Notes: generated by a model from the letters alone, not told the origin. Positions 8,809 through 15,880 are shown, numbered from the stretch's first letter. The stretch is 18,510 nt of DNA from a bacterium (GCA_037446635.1 JBBIIG010000075.1:1-18510); one strand, 5' to 3'. Made by a program: numbers and translations.

Positions 8809-9486
8809 TTAGTACTCAATGATCAGCTTTTTCTTGTTGCCATCCTGGTTTTCAAATTCAATTTCGAGGGTCGAGCCCTGGCCATCGTCATCGCCTAATT
8901 CAAACAACTCATCTGGATTTCCCACAAAGCGCTCGGGCGGCTGCCCCTGCACCAGTCGCGCAATTTCGTTGCCGCTTAACAGCAGCGTGCCGAATTGGTT
9001 GAAAACTTCCAGCAAGCCCTGCTGGCAATAAACGTAAAAAATCGCGTTCAAATAAAGCGCGTTGAATTCTGTGCCTTTGACCGTGGCCACGCCGGAGGGT
9101 GTTTCGACGCGCATGGCGGTGTTTTGCCGGGTCACTTTCGCCCACAGTTCGCCGAATCCCAGCGAGATGCGTTTGGCGATGCCTTCCTTCTCGCGCTTGC
9201 CGTTGATAGTCACGCTGGAGTTGGCGCGAATTTTAAGCTGGGTTTTATCGTCGGTGAAAACCAGCGCTGCGAACGACTCGTCGCCGGTGCGCACCACCTG
9301 CCCGGAATGAATGCGCTCGCCGCGGTTGGCCGCCGACCACACGTTCCTCCCTTGCTGATTGACCTCCACCATGCCCTTGGTTTTTAACATCAGCGCCACG
9401 TCTTTGTCATTTTGCGCCCGCGCCGCTGAAACCGCGATGGCCACCAACAGCGCGGCCACAAAAATTTGTTTGAATCTATTCAACAT
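8809..9486 (-). CDS. Secreted FecR-domain protein
   Basis: Signal peptide ending AARA; FecR-domain pattern KGMVEV...SGQVVRTGDES...LGFGELW...RVETPSGVATVKGTEF...QQGLLEV. AGAGGA RBS. Confidence 0.85.
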   Translation of the reverse strand: MLNRFKQIFVAALLVAIAVSAARAQNDKDVALMLKTKGMVEVNQQGRNVWSAANRGERIHSGQVVRTGDESFAALVFTDDKTQLKIRANSSVTINGKREKEGIAKRISLGFGELWAKVTRQNTAMRVETPSGVATVKGTEFNALYLNAIFYVYCQQGLLEVFNQFGTLLLSGNEIARLVQGQPPERFVGNPDELFELGDDDGQGSTLEIEFENQDGNKKKLIIEY

Positions 9487-9506
9487 GATGATTCCTCTAT
9501 TTTGAG

Positions 9507-10667
9507 TTATTCAATTCGATAACCTTTGTAGCCGGCACTGATGTCCTTCAACTGCGCGATCAAATCCGCCAGCGTCACCGCCTGGCCGTTGACCGTGAGG
9601 CGGGTCGGTTGATACTCGGCCAGCTCGCCGTTCTCGCCGAAGACTTTGTCAAAATCCGAGCCCAGGATATTTCTCAAAATAAATTCCAACTGCTGCTTGC
9701 GCCCGGTGATATCCTCGAGGCTGGCGATGCGGAAGCAGTAGATTTCGCTATCGGTGGGAACCGGCCCGCTGGAGGTCTCCACGATGCCGCTCACTCGCCA
9801 GTAGTAGGTACGGCCCGGCCGCAGCGTTAAGCTTTCGCCGGAGGGCGGATATTGGAACGAGTTCGAGGGGATAAATTCGACGCGTTCAGCAATTTGGCCG
9901 GGAATGAGATTGGACGAACCCGGAGCGCCAATCACAAAAAAGCGCGTGAAGCGCGGCTCGCGAGTGAGCGCGCTTTCCGGGTCTTCGCCGGGGCGGGCTT
10001 CCGCCACCACCACCCGGAACCGCCGCATGTCCGATTCCCAGCGGAACTGCGGCAGGTTGGTGAAAATCTCCGGGCAGTCGTCTCGGCGGCCGCCGGCGGG
10101 CGCGCCGGGGAAAATCAAATCCAATTTTCTTGGATTCGTTATTAGAATATCTATGCCGGCCGGGACCGGATTATTTTGCTGATTAGATAAATCATTCATC
10201 GAGACTTCAAACGTATATCGCCCGGAAGGCAACCTGCTCGTGGAAAGTATATCCTGAATGAGATTATCTCCTTCGCTCTCCAGTCGCCCATCCACCAGTC
10301 GGAACGGCTTGTTTGCGGCATTCGTAAACAAATCGCGATTGGTCAATCTAAACGGGAGTTGATTTTGGCTCAACAAAGTTTGCTCACTGCGACCACTAAA
10401 AAGAATGATGGAGCCGTCTTTGATAATCCTTAGCACCAATTGCACTAAATGCGGCGACGGCGGTGGCGGCGGAGGTGTCAAAGTACCTGATATAATAACC
10501 TCAAAAATTTCAGGTTGCCCCGCTCCACTACCTCTATCAATGCCGCTTAGAAAAAACACCTCTAAATTTCGATTTAGAATATTTGTTTGTACTTGAAGTT
10601 GGGCATAGCCGTTGCCAATTCCGATTAACAGTATCACAATTATTGAATATTTAGAAAAGCTTTTCAT
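9507..10667 (-). CDS. Secreted hypothetical protein with Ig/FN3-like C-terminal domain
   Basis: Signal peptide ending NGYA; poly-Pro run; LPSGRYTF, LDLIFPG, PQFRW, FQYP, LRPGRTYYWRV, SEIYCF motifs reminiscent of FN3-like/TANFOR/DUF928-type domains (resemblance by eye only). 20 nt from the FecR gene. Confidence 0.7.
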   Translation of the reverse strand: MKSFSKYSIIVILLIGIGNGYAQLQVQTNILNRNLEVFFLSGIDRGSGAGQPEIFEVIISGTLTPPPPPPSPHLVQLVLRIIKDGSIILFSGRSEQTLLSQNQLPFRLTNRDLFTNAANKPFRLVDGRLESEGDNLIQDILSTSRLPSGRYTFEVSMNDLSNQQNNPVPAGIDILITNPRKLDLIFPGAPAGGRRDDCPEIFTNLPQFRWESDMRRFRVVVAEARPGEDPESALTREPRFTRFFVIGAPGSSNLIPGQIAERVEFIPSNSFQYPPSGESLTLRPGRTYYWRVSGIVETSSGPVPTDSEIYCFRIASLEDITGRKQQLEFILRNILGSDFDKVFGENGELAEYQPTRLTVNGQAVTLADLIAQLKDISAGYKGYRIE

Positions 10668-10780
10668 AGAATTAACCCTGCTCGTAATTTTTGGTAAAAA
10701 TGTTCGACTGGCTCAAATTAATACAACTATAAAGTACTGAAAATTAGTGAAAATGGAGAAAGTTCAGGCCGGATTATTTT

Positions 10781-10837
10781 GAAAACCTTGACAAGGCTTG
10801 CGGCCCGGACGGGACGCCGAAAACCCTGACAGGGTTG
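10781..10837. repeat. Pair of REP-like palindromic units
   Basis: GAAAACCTTGACAAGGCTT (10781-10799) and GAAAACCCTGACAGGGTTG (10819-10837); each has a palindromic core centred on the A of GAC. Confidence 0.6.
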
Positions 10838-10843
10838 AACCAT

Positions 10844-11536
10844 TCATGAGTGCAGCAGAAAATAAACGATCGGAAAAACCAGACTAAAAACGTACGGGAA
10901 CAGCCGCCAGGCCACAATCAACCCTAAAAATGCGAAAGCCGGCTGGCTCATAAATTGTTTGTAGCGGTAGCTCAATCTGTTGGACATAAAAAGGGTGATC
11001 ACGCTGCTGCCGTCGAGGGGCGGAAACGGAAAAAGATTAAAGATGAACAAAATCAAATTCAACATCAAAAACACGCTCAACAGTTTGGACAGGCCGATGA
11101 GATTTTCCTGATTGGCGACCACGATGGACATGAAACTCAGCTCCCCCTGCCCCGGTGTGGAAAAGAAGCCGCTGACCAAGCCAATTTTCATAATGATGAA
11201 CGCGACCACGCCGATGAGCAAGTTGGCCGCGGGTCCAGCGGCCGCCATGAGCGCGGCTTTGCGCGGATGCCGCTCCGCCCAATACGGATCGTAGGGCGCG
11301 CTGGCCCAGCCAATCATCCAGCCCCAGAGGGCGTAGGAAAGGAACGGAATCACTACAGTGCCAAACGGCGAGCGCTTGATGTGTGGAACGGGATTGAGCG
11401 TCACCTGGCCGCCGAGGTAAGCGGTGGGGTCACCGCCTCTCAACGCCGCCAAGGCGTGGGAGGCCTCGTGGGCGGTGAAAGAAAATAAAAAGGCGACATA
11501 CCAAATGAGCATGTCGGCAAAGTTGATGGATGGCAT
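10844..11536 (-). CDS. Site-2 protease family zinc metalloprotease (peptidase M50), no PDZ domain
   Basis: HEASH zinc motif in TM1, GDPTA, TLNP, AAAGPAAN, and FNLFPFPPLDG motif; multiple hydrophobic helices. Confidence 0.93.
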   Translation of the reverse strand: MPSINFADMLIWYVAFLFSFTAHEASHALAALRGGDPTAYLGGQVTLNPVPHIKRSPFGTVVIPFLSYALWGWMIGWASAPYDPYWAERHPRKAALMAAAGPAANLLIGVVAFIIMKIGLVSGFFSTPGQGELSFMSIVVANQENLIGLSKLLSVFLMLNLILFIFNLFPFPPLDGSSVITLFMSNRLSYRYKQFMSQPAFAFLGLIVAWRLFPYVFSLVFPIVYFLLHS

Positions 11537-11542
11537 GACAAA

Positions 11543-11571
11543 AAAATAGATAACTCGCGGCCAAAAGTCAA
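11543..11571 (-). promoter_or_regulatory. Candidate sigma70 promoter for the site-2 protease gene
   Basis: Minus strand TTGACT (11571-11566), 17 nt, TATTTT (11548-11543); ATG follows after 6 nt. Confidence 0.45.
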
Positions 11572-11588
11572 GTTTGGAAATGAGCCTG

Positions 11589-11619
11589 CGTGCCAGGCAC
11601 TTCGGAAGCGCCTGGTACG
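11589..11619. repeat. REP-like GC-rich palindrome
   Basis: CGTGCCAGGCACTTC-G-GAAGCGCCTGGTACG: 15-bp arms with two imperfect pairs, in a divergent intergenic region where a terminator is not expected. Confidence 0.6.
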
Positions 11620-11632
11620 TTTAAGCTTTCCC

Positions 11633-11764
11633 TGTTGCAAAGCGACGACAGATGTTGCCGGGATACTATGATTTCTCCGCTCAAGAATCTCGCCGCGGCC
11701 TCGCAGCAACTTCCTTAAAAAACAGGATTAATCGTAGGGCAAAAAAGTTTGGCGCGGAAGTTGA
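11633..11764 (+). promoter_or_regulatory. Candidate sigma54 (-24/-12) promoter with upstream activator-like site
   Basis: TGGCGCG-GAAG-TTGA (11750-11764) matches TGGCACG-N4-TTGC spacing with two deviations; TGT-N12-ACA dyad (TGTTGCAAAGCGACGACA, 11633-11650) about 100 nt upstream. Confidence 0.4.
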
Positions 11765-11855
11765 AAGATTACTCGGCAACAATCAATTCGATTCGATTCG
11801 AACCGGTCTCAAAACAACATTTTTAAAAACGGCTAAAAGAAAGGAGTTCATCATC

Positions 11856-13271
11856 ATGAAATCAAAAATGTTTCTGCAGGGCTTGGCGCTGTTGACTGTC
11901 TTGGCGATCGGCTTCGCGGGCTGCTCGAAAAATCCCACCGATCCCGGAAACAACGAAGAAGTCAACGAATCCGTGAAAATCGCCGGCGCCGCCAGCGTGG
12001 ATATTTACAACAACGTCGCGGCGTTCAAACAGGTGAACGAGCTGATGCGCGGCGCCGAGGCGCTGGCGCAGATGGACATCCCGGAATTCAAAAATCCCGG
12101 ACGGGCGATGAGCTTCGCGCGCGGCATTCAGCGCAACGTATTGGCAACCTCGCTCAAAAACTTCAATCTCGATCAGCTTGCCGGCGTAATGGGCGACACA
12201 GTGATTTGGGACGTTACCTACCACGATCCAGTACTAAACGTCACCTTCCGCAGCCGACTGATTTACAACGACGAAACCGGCCGCGCCCGGCTGTTGCTGG
12301 TGGGCCTTGAATATCCGCCCGCTCATCCGTTGGAATACGACTCCACAGAGATCGCCGCCGACCTCAACTTTACCCTGCTAAACGAGCAAGACGACGTGCT
12401 GCTTTCCATTAAAAATTTCAAGCGCTACAAAGCCGGAAAATTGATTGCGGAAGAAGTGGGCAGCTTCATTCCCGATCCCTATCTTCCCGGCGGCGAGCCC
12501 ACCGGCGGCGTGCTCGAAGCGACGATCACCTACAACAGTTCCAGTTTCATCCGCGAGACCAAAGCCCGTTTTGAATATCACGAAGGCGCCGGCGGCAGCT
12601 ACACCAAAGAGACGAAATTCTCCGACGATAAAACGCACCGCGTTTCCGTAACTTTCAACGTCGGTGGCACGGGCTCGTTTTCTGAGACCCGCCGCGACGG
12701 CACCCGCATCGAAGGCACATTTGACAGTGCCGAGCGGGACGGCCAGGGCGGCTACTCGCGCACCATCACCTTCCGCGCCGGCCACGATCCGGCCTCCATC
12801 TCCGAGTCCGGCCGATTCACCATCAACGCGGACTCGACGTTGAACGGAACTTTCGAGCGCGAAGTGAGATTCCGCGATGGCCGCATCGAACGAGAAGACG
12901 TTTCCGTCCAACAAACGCGCGTGGGCGATCTGCTCTCCACCAGTTTGAACGTGGAAAAATCCGACGGCAGCCACGGTTTTATCAACATCGTGGAAACGCC
13001 GGAGGTGGATCAGGTTTCCGGCGAATGGACCAACGTGGATGAAACGTTCGTGGTTTTCACGGCCGAATACTATCGAGATGGCAGCGCGCACTTGGAATTC
13101 AAAGTTTATGAAAACGAAGCGGCGTTTGAAAACGGCGCGGCGCCCATCCTCAGCGGCGTTTTCGATTTCTACCCGGACGGCTCCGGCCGCGGCGTGATCA
13201 CGGAAGGCGATAAAAGTTACAACGTCACCATCAACCCCGATGGGGCAGTCGTGATTGAGCCGATGGTGTGA
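11856..13271 (+). CDS. Lipoprotein of unknown function, beta-strand-rich C-terminal half
   Basis: AAGGAG RBS then ATG 11856 (MKSKMFLQGLALLTVLAIGFAGC): type II signal peptide with lipobox FAG-C; 471 aa. The ORF track's 68-aa upstream extension is unlikely to be translated. Confidence 0.85.
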   Translation: MKSKMFLQGLALLTVLAIGFAGCSKNPTDPGNNEEVNESVKIAGAASVDIYNNVAAFKQVNELMRGAEALAQMDIPEFKNPGRAMSFARGIQRNVLATSLKNFNLDQLAGVMGDTVIWDVTYHDPVLNVTFRSRLIYNDETGRARLLLVGLEYPPAHPLEYDSTEIAADLNFTLLNEQDDVLLSIKNFKRYKAGKLIAEEVGSFIPDPYLPGGEPTGGVLEATITYNSSSFIRETKARFEYHEGAGGSYTKETKFSDDKTHRVSVTFNVGGTGSFSETRRDGTRIEGTFDSAERDGQGGYSRTITFRAGHDPASISESGRFTINADSTLNGTFEREVRFRDGRIEREDVSVQQTRVGDLLSTSLNVEKSDGSHGFINIVETPEVDQVSGEWTNVDETFVVFTAEYYRDGSAHLEFKVYENEAAFENGAAPILSGVFDFYPDGSGRGVITEGDKSYNVTINPDGAVVIEPMV

Positions 13272-13284
13272 AGGTACGTCTCTC

Positions 13285-13320
13285 AAAACTCCGGGGTCTT
13301 AAAGACCCCGGAGTTTTCTT
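13285..13320. terminator. Perfect inverted repeat, probable bidirectional terminator (REP-like)
   Basis: AAAACTCCGGGGTCTT (13285-13300) and AAGACCCCGGAGTTTT (13302-13317) are perfect complements, with T-runs on both strands, between convergent lipoprotein and zwf genes. Confidence 0.8.
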
Positions 13321-13342
13321 TGAGGATTTGCTTCACCCTGTA

Positions 13343-13380
13343 TCACCTTTACTAAACTTCAAAAGTTTAGTAAAGGGTGA
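13343..13380. repeat. AT-rich palindrome (REP-like or second terminator)
   Basis: CCTTTACTAAACTT (13346-13359)-CAA-AAGTTTAGTAAAGG (13363-13376), perfect 14-bp arms, extendable by TCA/TGA with one bulge. Confidence 0.7.
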
Positions 13381-13385
13381 AAAAA

Positions 13386-14915
13386 TCACAACTCCGCCCA
13401 CGTCCTGCCATCTTTCGCCATGAACTCATCCGCGGCATGCGGGCCCCAGGTTCCCGAACGATACGGATAAATCGGAGGCTTGTGCTTGGAAGACCAGCCC
13501 TGCAAAATTCCATCAACGAACGTCCACGCGGCTTCCACTTCATCGTGGCGGATGAAGAGCGTGCTGTCTCCCAAAATCGCGTCGAGGATCAAGCGCTCGT
13601 AGGCCTCCGGCGGTTCGGCGTGAAAGAGATCGCCGTAACTGAACTCCATGTTGGTGGATTGCAAAACCATGCTCGGCCCCGGCAGCTTCAAGCCAAAGGT
13701 GAGACGAATGCCCTCGTCCGGCTGCACCCGCAACGAGAGAATATTTGGCTGCCGTAGGTCGCCCTCCTCGTGTCCCTCGTGCAGCGCATGACTGAACAGC
13801 GCCAGCGGTGGCTGCCGAAATTCGATGGTGATTTCGGTGATGCGTTTCGGCAGCGCTTTGCCGGTGCGAACGTAAAACGGAATGCCCGCCCAACGCCAGT
13901 TGTCCACGTGCACTTTCAACGCGACAAAGGTCTCGGTGGTGGAATTGGCATCCACTCCGGGCTCGCTTAAGTAATCCGGAATTTTGCGGCTATTAATCGT
14001 CCCCGTTGAATATTGCCCCCGGATGGTGCACTGACCAATCTCTTCCAACTTAATCGGACGCAGCGCGCTCAGAACTTTGACTTTCTCGTTGCGCACGGCG
14101 TTGGGCGCAAATGATGCCGGCGGCTCCATCGCCACCAACGCGAGGAGTTGCAAGATGTGATTCTGCACCATATCGCGCAGCGCGCCGGATTGATCGTAAT
14201 ATCCGCCGCGGCCCTCCACGCTCACTGCCTCGGCCACGGTGATTTGCACGTGGTCCACGTAGCGGCGATTCCACAGCGGCTCAAAGATGCTGTTGCCGAA
14301 ACGAAACGCCATGATGTTCTGCACCGTCTCTTTGCCGAGATAGTGGTCGATACGGTAGATTTGATTTTCATCTAACACCGAGCGAATCTGTTTGTTGAGG
14401 GTGTGCGCCGATTCCAAATCGCGGCCAAACGGTTTTTCGATGATCACGCGCGTCCAGCGTTCTTTGTCGTACGGATCGCCGATCAAATCAGCCCCACCCA
14501 ACATGGTCACGATCTGCGCAAACACATTCGGCGGCGTGGAAAGGTAAAACAGGTAACTGCCCTCTCCCGGTCTGGCGCCGGCCTGCTCATCAATTTCGGC
14601 AAGAAGTTGTTTAAGTGCGGAAAAACTTTTGGGGTCGTCGTAGTTACCGCAGTGATAATACAATTTCTGAGCAAATTCTTTTAATTCTTTGGAATCCTTT
14701 TGTGGTTTCGAACGGGAAAATTGCAGCAGGGCGTCGGTCATCTCATCTTGAAATTGCTCGCGCGCAAATTCTTTGCGCGCAAAACCGACGATGGCGAAAT
14801 TCTTCGGCAGGAGACCCTCCCGCGCCACTTGAAACAACGCCGGGATGAGCTTACGCTTGGTTAAATCGCCGGAGGCGCCAAAAATCACGATGGTGGTTGG
14901 CGTTTTGGATTTCAT
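13386..14915 (-). CDS. zwf: Glucose-6-phosphate 1-dehydrogenase
   Basis: IFGASGDLTKRKLIPAL, EKPFG, YRIDHYLGKETVQN, RDMVQNH, RWAGIPFYVRTGK, AYERLI; Arg in GFARK consistent with NADP use. AAGGAG RBS. Confidence 0.98.
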   Translation of the reverse strand: MKSKTPTTIVIFGASGDLTKRKLIPALFQVAREGLLPKNFAIVGFARKEFAREQFQDEMTDALLQFSRSKPQKDSKELKEFAQKLYYHCGNYDDPKSFSALKQLLAEIDEQAGARPGEGSYLFYLSTPPNVFAQIVTMLGGADLIGDPYDKERWTRVIIEKPFGRDLESAHTLNKQIRSVLDENQIYRIDHYLGKETVQNIMAFRFGNSIFEPLWNRRYVDHVQITVAEAVSVEGRGGYYDQSGALRDMVQNHILQLLALVAMEPPASFAPNAVRNEKVKVLSALRPIKLEEIGQCTIRGQYSTGTINSRKIPDYLSEPGVDANSTTETFVALKVHVDNWRWAGIPFYVRTGKALPKRITEITIEFRQPPLALFSHALHEGHEEGDLRQPNILSLRVQPDEGIRLTFGLKLPGPSMVLQSTNMEFSYGDLFHAEPPEAYERLILDAILGDSTLFIRHDEVEAAWTFVDGILQGWSSKHKPPIYPYRSGTWGPHAADEFMAKDGRTWAEL

Positions 14916-14929
14916 GCAGCTACTCCTTT

Positions 14930-15355
14930 TTAAGTAACGTTTAACGTCTCTATTTCCAGAATGAGATGACTCAGATTGGGCCGAGAAAAACTCATCTCCG
15001 GGGCAGGAACGCGATTGTGCTTCATGTTCGGAGGAACATGCTTATGATGAGGATGTGTGCTTTGCAGTTTTGGCTCATTTGGGTGAGGCTGAGAGTCGTA
15101 CCAATACAATTTTTGATCACGCTGCCAAACTTCGTATCCGTACCAATCAATGACTGCCGGCAAACGATCATATAAAATTCGTTCACGCACTAGCAACCGG
15201 ATTCCATGATCAAAAAACAATTCGCCAGACACACGCGCTAGGCTGGCTCCTCTGCGAACAAAAGTCAAAGTTGACTTTCTGATTGATGGGAACTCCTGAG
15301 AAATAGAATACAAATACAGCTCATAGTCCTCCGGTGATCGTAGCGGATTCTTCAT
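14930..15355 (-). CDS. TumE-like (DUF6516) putative toxin
   Basis: 141 aa from ATG 15355 (overlaps upstream stop, ATGA); motif WYGYE...WYDSQPHP...THPHHKH matches the DUF6516/TumE pattern as I recall it. Confidence 0.75.
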   Translation of the reverse strand: MKNPLRSPEDYELYLYSISQEFPSIRKSTLTFVRRGASLARVSGELFFDHGIRLLVRERILYDRLPAVIDWYGYEVWQRDQKLYWYDSQPHPNEPKLQSTHPHHKHVPPNMKHNRVPAPEMSFSRPNLSHLILEIETLNVT

Positions 15356-15621
15356 GAAGTCACTCGAATCAAACCAGACAGGCTTGGTACCTTCTTCTGG
15401 ATTTTTTGAACTTCGTTGCGATATTCCGCTTGACGCGCCAGCCAGGTTTTGTAAACGCTTGCCCACTCGCCGAAATCAAGCATCCAACTCTCATCTTCGG
15501 GTTCTTCGCCGTTTACGTAGGCAGCGTAAAACGTCTCAGAACGAATTCCGTATTTGCGCTCAAACATTAAAAGTTCTTCTTCAAGCGCGTGAATATCAAG
15601 CAAGAGATCATGTAAATCCAT
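15352..15621 (-). CDS. TumA-like putative antitoxin
   Basis: 89-aa acidic helical protein (ATG 15621, GGAG RBS) with FERKYGIRSETFY...G...DFGEW pattern, translationally coupled to the downstream DUF6516-like gene. Confidence 0.65.
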   Translation of the reverse strand: MDLHDLLLDIHALEEELLMFERKYGIRSETFYAAYVNGEEPEDESWMLDFGEWASVYKTWLARQAEYRNEVQKIQKKVPSLSGLIRVTS

Positions 15622-15648
15622 AAGTAACACTCCAAATATTATCAATCA

Positions 15649-15676
15649 AATTTAAGGCATAAAAAAATAAAATCAA
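15649..15676 (-). promoter_or_regulatory. Candidate sigma70 promoter of the TA pair
   Basis: Minus strand TTGATT (15676-15671), 16 nt, TAAATT (15654-15649) in an AT-rich patch upstream of the antitoxin RBS. Confidence 0.4.
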
Positions 15677-15733
15677 CTTTTGTTGCCGGCTCTCCTTTAC
15701 TTACTCGCCGGCCGGCGGCGTGGGTGCGGGATA

Positions 15734-15880
15734 TTGCTCGCGCTGGATTTATAGCTCCGCGCCGTTTTTGCCAAGTCCTCCTGCGCGGAACGAATCGCTT
15801 TTGGAATTCAATTCCCACTTGCATGGGTTCCGCTGGGGATTTCTTAGCGGGTCGAGCACGAGACTAAATCCAGCGAGCAA
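15734..15880. repeat. About 147-bp element with imperfect terminal inverted repeats
   Basis: TTGCTCGCGCTGGATTTA (15734-15751) versus TAAATCCAGCGAGCAA (15865-15880): 16 bp complementary with one 2-nt bulge; internal hairpin CCGCTGGGG-ATT-TCTTAGCGG. Confidence 0.55.

Noticed and set aside
6194..9486. Classical FecIRA-type iron uptake/sigma signalling locus
   Set aside because: No ECF sigma gene, no recognisable TonB box or plug, and the FecR protein lacks a cytoplasmic anti-sigma domain.
10450..10480. Poly-proline run (PPPPPPSP) as a phase-variable repeat
   Set aside because: Encoded by mixed codons, not a pure tandem repeat; triplet changes would not shift frame.
11652..11855. 68-aa N-terminal extension of the lipoprotein ORF
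   Set aside because: Strong AAGGAG and signal peptide start at 11856; the extension covers the probable promoter.
12378..13286. 302-aa minus-strand ORF opposite the lipoprotein
   Set aside because: Antisense shadow; plus-strand gene has RBS, lipobox and terminator.
15356..15466. 37-aa extension of the toxin ORF
   Set aside because: Overlaps the antitoxin gene; ATGA coupling at 15352-15355 gives the better start.
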